From NCBI GenBank assembly GCA_963716395.1, contig OY970309.1, forward strand, positions 3,392,001 to 3,456,000: a stretch of 64,000 nt of DNA, read 5' to 3'. The notes under the pieces are model-generated. The model did not search any database. It was given only the letters and a program-made list of their open reading frames with translations, and was not told the DNA's origin. Below are positions 1-9,239 of this stretch, in pieces. A program made the translations under genes and the position numbers. Source of the DNA: an uncultured Fibrobacteria bacterium (GTDB lineage Bacteria; Fibrobacterota; Fibrobacteria; UBA11236). Positions within the stretch are counted from its first letter, which is position 1; every line of letters starts with the position of its first letter.

Positions 1-3000
1 ACACGTCGCCGGCCGCTTCGGCCCAACTGGGATCGGATTCGGTCAATTTGTCGATCCACGTGGTGTAACGTTTCAGCTTCTCGGCATCGCCCTGACGCAG
101 GTAAATCTTGACCAGCGCCAGACGCCCGTCGCGAAAAGTCGGGTAGCGTTGCACCAACTGCTCCAACGGTTTCAGGCTACCGCCCCGGGCATAATCGACT
201 TCGGCCGACTGGAATTTATCCGGCAACGGGGTATGCTTTTCCCGGTTCAGGCGTACCAGCGCCTCGACCAGGCGTGCGGTGTCTTGCAGGGTATCGGCCA
301 AGTGCCGCATGGCCTCCAAAGTGGCCGGGTCGCCGCTGGTGCGCGCCACGTATTGATCGTATTGATCCAAGGCGCCTTTGTAATCCTTGGCTTTTTCTTT
401 CTGTTGGGCCAGCAACAACTGGTAATTCTTGTATTTGGGATTGATGTCGACCAAGGCCTGCAGGGCCTGGAGGTATTCGGCCGGATTCCCGGCCTGCTTG
501 GTGATGGTCACCATGCCTTCGCGCAATTCCAGGTTGGTGGAATCGGTTTGCAACCGCATCTGCACGATGCGGCGCGCCTTGGCGTATTGCCCGGCCCGCA
601 GAAAGGACTGGGCCACCATGGGTTCGGTGGCGCCCAAGGTCGAATCGCCCTGCACCAGCCAGTTCCATTCCGTGGCCGCGCCGGGGTAATCGCCGTTGAG
701 GAACAGCGATTCGGCCAGTTTGCGGCGTTCGCCTACACTGGGATTGTTGGCGCGCAGCAGTTTCCAGAGGGCCAAGGTGGCTTTGAGACCCGCCGGTGTG
801 TGGATCGATGTGCCATAAGTGCGGGCATATTCCAGGTTCGAGGGATTGAAGGAATACGCTTTGGCGAAGGCTTCGGTGGCCGGAGCATCATGGAGCAATT
901 TATTCTCCACCTGCCCCAGCTTGAACCACAAGGCTGCATCGCGGGGGCTGGTCTTGAGGGCGCGCTCCAGGATTTTCTCGGCATCCTCATAATCGCCGCG
1001 GTTGAAATAAACCTCGGACAGTTCGCGATCATAGCGGGCGCGGCCGGAGGCATCGAGAGCGGCCAGTTGCTCCAAGGCTTTCTGATAGACGTCTTCGCTG
1101 CCGGCTCGCCCCTGGGCGAGACTGTAGATCAGCCGCCAGGCTTCCAGTGATTTCGGATTGCGATCCGCAAAGGCCTGGGCATGGGCCAAGGCCGCGGTGC
1201 TGTCGCGGGCCTGTACGTCGAGGGCCGCCAGGCGCAGCAAATACGGAGATCCCGCGGCGGGATTTTCGCCCACCAGTCCCTCCATAGCCGTGCGCAATTC
1301 CGCCCCACCTTTCCCCTCGGCGAGCAAACATTCCACCTGCACCGTGCGGATTTTGAAGTCATCGGGGTGGGTCGTCACATACTTTGCAGCCAGGGATCCC
1401 GCCGCCGAATATTTTTTGGCTCCGTACAGGGCCAGGATGGCATCGCGATTGCCGACCAACAAATCGGGCTTCGCCGCGTACACGTCTTGCAAATAACGCG
1501 CGGCCATCGTCGGACTTTTCTTGGCTAGGTACGCGCGCGCCACCAGGTATTTCAACTCGGGCTTGGCCGTCGGGCTTTTCGCCCGGCGCTCCAGGATCGC
1601 GAGATACGACACGGCCTGGGCATCGGTGGTCACCACGTCGGGCAGCAATTCCAGGTAGGCGGAATTTTGCGGTTGCAATTTGAGGGCCTTGGAGAGATAC
1701 ACATACGCTTTTTCGGAATTCGAATCGGCCAAATAAATGCGGGCCAGTTGATAGTCGACCTGATGCGCCTTGGGCTCCGCATTCTCGACCTGCAACAGCA
1801 CTTGTTTCAGGTCTTCGCGATGCGTCGGTCCGCTTAACAGGGTTTCGAGCTTGCCAAGCACCGCGGCATTCTTGGGATCGAGGGCGATGAGCTGGGTATA
1901 AATTTTCGCCGCCTGGTCGTTTTGCCCCAAACCTTCATACGCCTGCGCCAAATGCAAGAGGGCGTCTTTGCGGTCGGGCTTGAGCGCCACGATTTTTTCC
2001 AAGGCCTTGACCTGATTGGGCTTGTTGCCTTGAGCCGAAGCCACTGCATAAGCCTGTTCCCATACCTTGACGTTGTCGGGTGACAGCAAGGCCCATTGCT
2101 CGATCCAGGTTTGTGCCTGCGGGTATTGATGCACCGCGACGGCAACCGATACGGCCTTGGACAGCAAGGCCGTATCGGCGCCCTGGTTGGCGATGAGATG
2201 CTGGTAGATGGGTATGGCCGCGGCGCCGTTGCCCAGGCTCGCCGCGTACTCGCGTTGCAACGCGTCATCATCGGGAAAGCTTGCGGATCCCAGCCGCAAG
2301 ATTTCTCCCAAAGTCGCAGAGCCGGTCGACCGGGCGAATTGATGCACCTTGTCATAAACGCTGCGGGTTTTGGGATTTGCTTGCAACCACTTCCAGTAGG
2401 CGGCATTGGCCGGACCGTTTTTCCGTTCCATGGCGTAGAGATCGCCTAAGGGTTGCAACAGGCTGGTATCCGTGCGCGCTTCGGATTCCAAAAACGGGAG
2501 ATAGGGGGCCAACTTCGCCTTTTCGCCCCGCTTCAGGTATTCGCGCACCAGGATTTGCTTGCCACGCTTCCATTCCGGATGCAGTCGCGATAGGCGCGCC
2601 ACCTCCGCGATGCCTCCGCCCCGGTCGTATTTGATTTCGGCGATTTGGAATTGATAGGTATGGCTGGCGCCTTTCTGGCTTGACAGGCGGGTCAAGGCGT
2701 CGAGCAGGCTCGTGGTGTCCTGCTCCTGCTCGGCCAGACGTCGCACCGATTCGGCGGCGGCCATGTCATGCGGATTCTGATCCGACCATTGGGCATATAG
2801 AGCGAGCGCGCCCTTGGTGTCTTTGGCTTTTTCTTTTTCCTGCGCCAACACGCGCACGTAATCCTTGTATTTCGGATTCACCTGCACGATGTGTTCCAGG
2901 GTTTTCAAATAGTCGTCGCGATCGCCGGTCTGCTGATCCAAAGCCGCCATGGCCTCCAGCAATTTCAGATTGTCGGGATCGCCTTGCAGCTGGAGAGTTA

Positions 3001-6000
3001 GAACGGTGCGCGCCTTCGCGGTTTGACCTGATTTCAAATACGCCTCACCCACCATGGGTTCGGAAGTGATGAGGCTGGAATCGGTTTTGACCAGGGCGTC
3101 CCATTGCAAAGCCGATTCGGCATAATTCCCGTTCAAGAACAGCGCTTGCGCGAATTTATGCAGTTCTTCGGAAGTGGGGTTTTGCTGGGAAAGAAAACGC
3201 CACAGAGACAAGGTGGTCTGTAGATCTGCGGGTTTGGTGACGGTTTGCCCATAGGCACGCGCATAGGCGGCGTTGAGGGGCTGCAGTTGGTACGCCTTGG
3301 CGAACTTTTCTGCGGCCGCGGCTTCTTTGCGCAACTTGAGTTCGGTTTCCCCCAAGCGATACCAAGCCGAGGCATCGGAGGGGGATTTCGCCAATGCCCG
3401 CGCCAGAGTTTTTCCCGCCTCGTCGTAATCGCCCGCCTGGAAATACAAATCGGCCAATTTGCGGTCATAGCGCGGACGCCCGGCCGCGTCGCCTTGCCAC
3501 AGATGCTCCAAGGCTTTGATTTGCAGGTCCTGCTGATCGGACTTGCCCTGCACCAGCGCATACAGAAGGCGCCAGCCTTCCAACGACTTGGGTTCCCTAT
3601 CGACCAAGGTGCTTAAGTGTCCCACGGCCGCGGCGGTGTCATGCGCCTGGAGATCCAAGCCGGCCAGGCGCGTGAGATATTGGCTGCCGGCCTCGGGATC
3701 GGCCTGGACCAAATTCTGCATGGCTTGGCGCAGCGTATCCCCGCCCTTTCCCAGGGCCTGATCAGCTTCGACTTCGACCCGCAGCATGTCTTTGTCGCCC
3801 GGATTGGCGGCCAGATATTGCCCGGCCAAATCCGCGGAGGCTTGGAATTTCCGTGCCTGGTGCAAAGCCAGCACGGCATCTTTATCGCCGGCGAGCAGTT
3901 TGGGCGACTTGGCGTATACATCGTCGAGATAACGGGCTGCAATCGCCGCATTTTTGCGCGCCAACAAAGCCTTGGCGATCAGAACCTCCAATTCGGGCTT
4001 GGTGCCGGGCTGTTGCGCGAGGCGCTCCAAGGCGGGTAGATGATCGTCGACTTCCGACTCCTGCGTCACCACGGCCGGAAGCAAAGACTGGTACTGCGCG
4101 TTGTCGGGCTGCTGCTTGAGCGCCCGGTTCAGGTATTGATAGGCCTTGCCCTGATCACTGTCGTCCAGCGCCATTTTCGCCAATTCGAACTCCACCGCAT
4201 GGGCCGTAGGATCGGCGGCATCGATGCGCAGCAAGGCGTCACGGCGTTGATCCTTGGGAGCGCCGGAGAATGCCGCCAGGACTTTGTCCTGCACCGCCTT
4301 GTCCTTGGGATCCAAATCCAGCGCCTTGAGATAGGCTTGCTGCGCCTTTTCCACCTCGTGGTTTTGGGTGTAAAGATCGGCCAGTTGCAGCTGCAGCGCC
4401 TTGTTGCTGGGATCCAAGGAGGCGGCGATTTCCAGGTACTTCACGGCATCGGCCGGACGATGCGCTTGCAGCATGAGTCGGGCCAGCTTCTCGTTGAAGG
4501 CTTTGTCGCCGGTATAATCGGCGGCCACGGCTTCGTACAAGGGAAGAGCGTCTTTAAGATCGCCGCGGCTTTCCTGCAATTGGGCCAATTGATATTTGAG
4601 GCGGTTGTCGTCGGGAGTCAGGGCGAGAAGCTGCTGGCGATACGTCACCGCCTGCGGCGAGGATTTGTCGACCAGACCGATGATTTCCGTAAGCAAGGTC
4701 ACGTCTTTCGGGGTCTTCTGCAATTGCATTTCCAACTTCGGCAACAGCTTGTCTTTGCGCAGGGGCTTGCGGTAGTAGTCGATGAGATAGGACAGCGCTT
4801 CATCCGCATCGGGATATTTGGCCAGGTAGGCTTCGTATTCGATCGCGGCCTTGGCCCGCTCTCCGGATTCGCTCAAGGCCCGGGCGTAATTTCCCCAGTC
4901 GACTTTGTTGTCGTGCAAATCGGGAACGCGGGCATAGTGGCGGGCGGCCTCGGGATATTTTTGCAAGGCGAAATAGGATCGTGCCATCAGCCGACTCGCC
5001 AAGGGCGAAGGCGTTTTCAATTTCTGGAATGACTGCAAAGCCAACGCGTAATTCCATTCGAAGTAATTCAGGATGCCTTCGGCTTCGATCCAGTGGGGAT
5101 TGGCAGTTTTGGATCTGCCGGAGGCCGACCGGGTTTCGATTTCGGAAATCAAAGCCGCGGTGTCGAAGGTGGCTGGTGCTTGTCTCAATACGGCATCGAT
5201 GTTCTGCGCGAACTTCCGATCCGCTACGGCTTTGGCCTGGGCGATACTGTCTTGGCGCGCTTTTTCGGCGGCTTTGACCGCAGCCACGCTGTCTCGACGC
5301 GCTTGGGCACGCGCTGCGGCTGCGAGTTTGGCTTTGGCCACACTGTCGGCGCGCACCTGGACCAAACTGTCGCGGCGTGCTTTGGCTTGGACCGCAGCTT
5401 GGGCTTCGGCTGCGGCGATGCTATCGCGGCGCGCCTTGGCGACCGCAGCGGCGGCAACCTTGGCCTGGGCAATGCTGTCTTGGCGTGCCTTCTCTGCAAC
5501 CTTGGCCGCGGCTACACTGTCGCGACGCGCTTGGGCGCGCGCGCTGGCGGCGAGTTTGGCTTTAGCCAAGCTATCGGCACGCACTTGAGCCAAGCTGTCG
5601 CGCCGTGCTTTGACGTGGGCCGCCACCTGGGCTTTGGCCGTGGCAATGCTATCCCGGCGCGCCTTGGCGATAGCAGCGGCGGCAACCTTGGCCTGGGCAA
5701 TGCTGTCTTGGCGTGCCTTCTCCGCAACCTTGGCCGCGGCTACGCTGTCGCGACGCGCTTGGGCACGCGCGCTGGCGGCGAGTTTGGCTTTGGCCAAGCT
5801 ATCCGCACGCACTTGAGCCAAGCTATCGCGCCGCGCCTTGGCCTGGGCGACGCTGTCGGCTTGGGCTTTGGCCGCAATGACACTGTCTGCATGGGCTTTT
5901 GCGGCTGCTGCTTTCGCCTCAGCTTGTAATTTCGCCTGGGCCGCCTGTGCTGCGGCTACGCTGTCTTGTCGTGCTTTCTGTTGTGCGGCCTTGGCCTGGG

Positions 6001-7411
6001 CGATACTGTCGGCTTGGGCTTTGGCAGAGGCCACGCTGTCGGCATGCGCTTTGGAAGCCGCGACTTTCGCTTCGGCTTGTGACTTCGCCTGGGCCGCCTG
6101 TGCTGCGGCTACGCTGTCTTGACGGGCTTTTCGCTCTGCGGCTTTAGCCTGGGCAATGCTGTCGGCTTGAGTTTTGGCTGCGGCGACGCTATCGGCATGC
6201 GCTTTGGAAGCCGCGGCTTTCGCTTCGGCTTGTGACTTCGCCTGGGCCGCCTGTGCTGCGGCTACGCTGTCTTGACGGGTTTTTTGCTCTGCGGCTTTAG
6301 CCTGGGCAATGCTGTCGGCTTGAGTTTTGGCTGCGGCGAGGCTATCGGCGTGCGCTTTGGAAGCCGCGGCTTTTGCCTCGGCTTGTGACTTCGCCTGGGC
6401 CGCCTGTGCTGCGGCTACGCTGTCTTGACGGGTTTTTTGCTCTGCGGCTTTAGCCTGGGCAGTGCTGTCGGCTTGGGCTTTGGCGGCGGCCACGCTATCG
6501 GCATGCGCTTGGGAGGCCGCGGCTTGCGATTTCGCCTGGGCCGCTTGCGCCGCCGCGATGGTGTCGAGATGCGCCTTTTCGGTTTTGGCATTATTGGTTT
6601 TGGTGGCTGCGGATGCGGGCGTAGCTTCGGCCGGCACGGCGGCCAAGGCGTTCATGGTTTGAGTCAACTTCGCTCTGTCGTCGGCGCTGTTGGAGTAGAG
6701 AATGGCCTTTTGATAGGCCTGCTTGGCTTCGGGAATGTTTCGGTTTCCGGCCAGTGCCTGAGCCAAGCCTTTCCAGTTTTCCGCCGACTCGGGATCTTTT
6801 TTAACCAATTCTTGATAAACCGGAATGGCGCGATCGTATTTTTTGAAGGCCAGATAATGACGCCCCAGCTTGACGTCGAGGGAAGGATCGGCATTGGGCT
6901 GCTTGCGGAGCGTCTCCAGCAGATCCGCATAATCGGCGGGATATTTACGCGTTCCCAACTGTTCCAGCAAAGCCATATATTTGATCCCAATCACGGGATC
7001 GCTGGGGTTTAGTTTGAAGAGCGCGCGCAGTACCGGCTCCTCGGCGTCTTTAAGGTTGGCGCCCTCCAAAGCGCTTTGATAGCCGAGCAAAACGGCGTAG
7101 TTGTCGGGTTGCAACTGCGCCGCTTGATGGTAGGGATCGACCGCTTTGGCGAATTGACCGTTTTCGATATAGCAGGACCCGAGTTTGGCCCAGGCATCGG
7201 CAAAATTCGGTTTGGCCGCCACGGCCTTTTGCAAATTCGCAATGGCGTCGTTGATGTTCCCGTCCTGGTCCTGATCCTGCGCGGCCTGATAGAGGCTATC
7301 GGCGGTATCTGCAAGGACCGCCGCCGGCAGCAGCGCGCTGCAAATCAAGGCGCACACGGCCAGCCGTCGCAGTAGGCGGGAACGCGCATTTACGGACGCG
7401 ATGCGTTGCAT
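1..7411 (-). CDS. Giant exported tetratricopeptide-repeat (TPR) protein, >2,470 aa, 3' end outside the window
   Basis: ATG at 7411 preceded by GGGAG. The N-terminus MQRIASVNARSRLLRRLAVCALICSALLPAAVLA resembles a signal peptide and is followed by TPR-like helices (e.g. AIANLQKAVAAKPNFADAWAKLGSCY). Spot translations at 1-120, 2460-2700 and 5200-7411 are in one open frame. The long + strand shadow ORFs all share that register. It is absent from the ORF track, consistent with no stop before the window edge. Confidence 0.88.
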   Translation of the reverse strand, partial: MQRIASVNARSRLLRRLAVCALICSALLPAAVLADTADSLYQAAQDQDQDGNINDAIANLQKAVAAKPNFADAWAKLGSCYIENGQFAKAVDPYHQAAQLQPDNYAVLLGYQSALEGANLKDAEEPVLRALFKLNPSDPVIGIKYMALLEQLGTRKYPADYADLLETLRKQPNADPSLDVKLGRHYLAFKKYDRAIPVYQELVKKDPESAENWKGLAQALAGNRNIPEAKQAYQKAILYSNSADDRAKLTQTMNALAAVPAEATPASAATKTNNAKTEKAHLDTIAAAQAAQAKSQAAASQAHADSVAAAKAQADSTAQAKAAEQKTRQDSVAAAQAAQAKSQAEAKAAASKAHADSLAAAKTQADSIAQAKAAEQKTRQDSVAAAQAAQAKSQAEAKAAASKAHADSVAAAKTQADSIAQAKAAERKARQDSVAAAQAAQAKSQAEAKVAASKAHADSVASAKAQADSIAQAKAAQQKARQDSVAAAQAAQAKLQAEAKAAAAKAHADSVIAAKAQADSVAQAKARRDSLAQVRADSLAKAKLAASARAQARRDSVAAAKVAEKARQDSIAQAKVAAAAIAKARRDSIATAKAQVAAHVKARRDSLAQVRADSLAKAKLAASARAQARRDSVAAAKVAEKARQDSIAQAKVAAAAVAKARRDSIAAAEAQAAVQAKARRDSLVQVRADSVAKAKLAAAARAQARRDSVAAVKAAEKARQDSIAQAKAVADRKFAQNIDAVLRQAPATFDTAALISEIETRSASGRSKTANPHWIEAEGILNYFEWNYALALQSFQKLKTPSPLASRLMARSYFALQKYPEAARHYARVPDLHDNKVDWGNYARALSESGERAKAAIEYEAYLAKYPDADEALSYLIDYYRKPLRKDKLLPKLEMQLQKTPKDVTLLTEIIGLVDKSSPQAVTYRQQLLALTPDDNRLKYQLAQLQESRGDLKDALPLYEAVAADYTGDKAFNEKLARLMLQAHRPADAVKYLEIAASLDPSNKALQLQLADLYTQNHEVEKAQQAYLKALDLDPKDKAVQDKVLAAFSGAPKDQRRDALLRIDAADPTAHAVEFELAKMALDDSDQGKAYQYLNRALKQQPDNAQYQSLLPAVVTQESEVDDHLPALERLAQQPGTKPELEVLIAKALLARKNAAIAARYLDDVYAKSPKLLAGDKDAVLALHQARKFQASADLAGQYLAANPGDKDMLRVEVEADQALGKGGDTLRQAMQNLVQADPEAGSQYLTRLAGLDLQAHDTAAAVGHLSTLVDREPKSLEGWRLLYALVQGKSDQQDLQIKALEHLWQGDAAGRPRYDRKLADLYFQAGDYDEAGKTLARALAKSPSDASAWYRLGETELKLRKEAAAAEKFAKAYQLQPLNAAYARAYGQTVTKPADLQTTLSLWRFLSQQNPTSEELHKFAQALFLNGNYAESALQWDALVKTDSSLITSEPMVGEAYLKSGQTAKARTVLTLQLQGDPDNLKLLEAMAALDQQTGDRDDYLKTLEHIVQVNPKYKDYVRVLAQEKEKAKDTKGALALYAQWSDQNPHDMAAAESVRRLAEQEQDTTSLLDALTRLSSQKGASHTYQFQIAEIKYDRGGGIAEVARLSRLHPEWKRGKQILVREYLKRGEKAKLAPYLPFLESEARTDTSLLQPLGDLYAMERKNGPANAAYWKWLQANPKTRSVYDKVHQFARSTGSATLGEILRLGSASFPDDDALQREYAASLGNGAAAIPIYQHLIANQGADTALLSKAVSVAVAVHQYPQAQTWIEQWALLSPDNVKVWEQAYAVASAQGNKPNQVKALEKIVALKPDRKDALLHLAQAYEGLGQNDQAAKIYTQLIALDPKNAAVLGKLETLLSGPTHREDLKQVLLQVENAEPKAHQVDYQLARIYLADSNSEKAYVYLSKALKLQPQNSAYLELLPDVVTTDAQAVSYLAILERRAKSPTAKPELKYLVARAYLAKKSPTMAARYLQDVYAAKPDLLVGNRDAILALYGAKKYSAAGSLAAKYVTTHPDDFKIRTVQVECLLAEGKGGAELRTAMEGLVGENPAAGSPYLLRLAALDVQARDSTAALAHAQAFADRNPKSLEAWRLIYSLAQGRAGSEDVYQKALEQLAALDASGRARYDRELSEVYFNRGDYEDAEKILERALKTSPRDAALWFKLGQVENKLLHDAPATEAFAKAYSFNPSNLEYARTYGTSIHTPAGLKATLALWKLLRANNPSVGERRKLAESLFLNGDYPGAATEWNWLVQGDSTLGATEPMVAQSFLRAGQYAKARRIVQMRLQTDSTNLELREGMVTITKQAGNPAEYLQALQALVDINPKYKNYQLLLAQQKEKAKDYKGALDQYDQYVARTSGDPATLEAMRHLADTLQDTARLVEALVRLNREKHTPLPDKFQSAEVDYARGGSLKPLEQLVQRYPTFRDGRLALVKIYLRQGDAEKLKRYTTWIDKLTESDPSWAEAAGDV
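5220..5850 (-). repeat. Coding tandem repeat, 228-bp (76-aa) unit, about 2.7 copies
   Basis: The anchor gcgagtttggctt recurs at 5322, 5550 and 5778 (228-bp spacing). Unit: RRDSLAQVRADSLAKAKLAASARAQARRDSVAAAKVAEKARQDSIAQAKVAAAAIAKARRDSIATAKAQVAAHVKA. Confidence 0.9.
5850..6570 (-). repeat. Coding tandem repeat, 153-bp (51-aa) unit, about 4.5 copies
   Basis: The anchor gctgtcttg recurs at 5960, 6113, 6266 and 6419 (153-bp spacing). Unit: QDSVAAAQAAQAKSQAEAKAAASKAHADSLAAAKTQADSIAQAKAAEQKTR. Confidence 0.9.
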
Positions 7412-7601
7412 GCTGACTCCCTTCGGTTGTGCAGAACCGAAAACATCCACGTAATTGAAGACTGAGGGAATGATCTCCGCGGAAAGCTCTCTTTCCGCCC
7501 TCAGCGCAAATATTAAACTCTTCTACCCAAACTTGCCCCCAAAGCTTGGGAAATTCCGGGGAAAACCCGTTTTCCGCGCTGCGGGATCGATTGCCCGGGG
7601 G

Positions 7602-8564
7602 TCAACGCGCACCGCCCTGGGCCGGCGCATCGGTCCAGGAAAACTCGAGCACTTCGGCGATGTCCGTGGCACCCAAGCCCAGCATCACCAGGCGATCGAA
7701 TCCCAGCGCCGTTCCGGCACAATCGGGCAACCCTCCGGCCAGATCGGAAAAGAATCCGGAATGGATCGGCACCTGCGGCTGGCCGCAGTCAACCCGTTTG
7801 CGATTTTCGGCCTGGAAACGCCCGAGATACTCTCCGGGATCCCGCAGCTCCAGCGAGCCGTTCCCCAACTCCATACCGCCGCCGAACAATTCGAAGCGAT
7901 GCACCACCTCGGGCCGGTCGACTTGGCTCCGCGCCTGCGATGACAAGGCCGCGGGAAAATCATACACCACGGTGAAGGCGCCGGGATCCAAAGCGGGTTC
8001 AACCACCGCGGCCATCAAAAAATCCAACGCCTCGCCGCGCTGCGGAAAGGCCTCGGCCGCCAATCCCGCGGCGGAAAAAGCCGGATGCGCCAGCAGGTCG
8101 GCGAGCGGCGCCCCGAGCGGATCCAATCCGGTGGCGCCGGCAAAGACTTCGGAGTAGGGGCGATAAACCGCCGGCCGTGCGCCGGCCACAACGCGACAAA
8201 GCTCCAGCGCCTCTTCCAGCAGGGGCCGGAACGCGTAACCCAGCCGGTACCATTCGATTAGGGTGAATTCGGGGTTGTGCCGACGCCCCTGTTCGCCGCG
8301 GCGGAAGGCCTTGCAAATTTGAAAGATGTCGGGATAGCCGCGCGCCAGCAGCCGTTTCATCAAGGCTTCGGGCGAGGTCTGCAGAAAACGCGTTGTGCCG
8401 AACGCAGCGAGGGAGAACAAATCGATGTGGCAATCATGCGAAGCGCCATCGTCCAGCAGGGGCGTTTCGACTTCGAGCACGTTCCGCGCGGCGAAAAAGG
8501 CGCGCACGCGAGCCAGGGCTTCGGCCCGGTAGCGGGCGGCGTTCAATTTTGGAGGGGGCGCCAA
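7602..8564 (-). CDS. epmA: EF-P lysine aminoacylase (EpmA/GenX/YjeA)
   Basis: Truncated LysRS-like protein with FLQTSPE, FQICKAFR..GRRHNPEFTLIEWYR, RFELF..MELGNG and GTALGFDRL; directly downstream of efp. Confidence 0.95.
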   Translation of the reverse strand: MAPPPKLNAARYRAEALARVRAFFAARNVLEVETPLLDDGASHDCHIDLFSLAAFGTTRFLQTSPEALMKRLLARGYPDIFQICKAFRRGEQGRRHNPEFTLIEWYRLGYAFRPLLEEALELCRVVAGARPAVYRPYSEVFAGATGLDPLGAPLADLLAHPAFSAAGLAAEAFPQRGEALDFLMAAVVEPALDPGAFTVVYDFPAALSSQARSQVDRPEVVHRFELFGGGMELGNGSLELRDPGEYLGRFQAENRKRVDCGQPQVPIHSGFFSDLAGGLPDCAGTALGFDRLVMLGLGATDIAEVLEFSWTDAPAQGGAR

Positions 8565-8587
8565 AGCGGGCGGCCTGGGTACGCGTT

Positions 8588-9154
8588 TTATTTGGCGCGT
8601 TCCACGTATTCACCGGTGCGCGTGTCGATGCGCACTTTCATGCCCTCGCCGATGAAAAGCGGAACATTGATTTCGGCGCCGGTTTGCACGGTCGCTTTTT
8701 TGGTGACGTTGTTGGCGGTGTCGCCTTTCACGGCCGGCTCGGTGTAGGTGATGGCGAGATCCATGAAAATGGGCGGCGTCACGGAAATCGGTTTCTCGCC
8801 CCAAAAGGCGATCTCGCATTCGGTGTTTTCCAGCAGCCATTGTTCGGCGCCGTCCATGGCGTCTTTGGGAATTTCCACCTGCTCGTAGGATTTGGTATCC
8901 ATGAAGGTGTAATTCTGCCCGTCGGTGTAGAGGAATTGCATGGTGGTATAGGAGATATCTGCTTCTTCGAAGCTTTCTCCCGACTTGAACGTGCGTTCGA
9001 GCATGCGGCCGGTCAGCAGGTTTTTAAGCTTGACGCGGTTGAAAGCCTGTCCCTTGCCCGGCTTGACGAATTCATTTTCGACGATCATGCATGGTTGCCC
9101 GTCGAGCAGAATGCGCGCGCGTTTTCGAAATTCATTGGTGCTGATCATACCCAT
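8588..9154 (-). CDS. efp: Translation elongation factor P
   Basis: FVKPGKGQAF loop, TEPAVKGDTA, VPLFI..G..VRIDTRTGEYVER. Start moved to the ATG at 9154, which follows GAGG. Confidence 0.97.
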   Translation of the reverse strand: MGMISTNEFRKRARILLDGQPCMIVENEFVKPGKGQAFNRVKLKNLLTGRMLERTFKSGESFEEADISYTTMQFLYTDGQNYTFMDTKSYEQVEIPKDAMDGAEQWLLENTECEIAFWGEKPISVTPPIFMDLAITYTEPAVKGDTANNVTKKATVQTGAEINVPLFIGEGMKVRIDTRTGEYVERAK

Positions 9155-9239
9155 GTCAAAGCCTCGCCGGACCTCATTAGTTATTTTCCCGGGTTTGGAA
9201 GGTAGCGCCCTGGAATAAAGCGGGCTGAATCTAACAAAC

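Noticed and set aside
5220-6570. Tandem repeats as a possible CRISPR array
   Set aside because: The units are 153 and 228 bp, in-frame and coding, with no unique spacers and no cas genes.
149-7375. Many + strand ORFs up to 333 aa (e.g. 149-1150, 4040-5032, 5093-5929)
   Set aside because: They are antisense shadows in register with the giant TPR gene, an expected artefact of high-GC codon bias.
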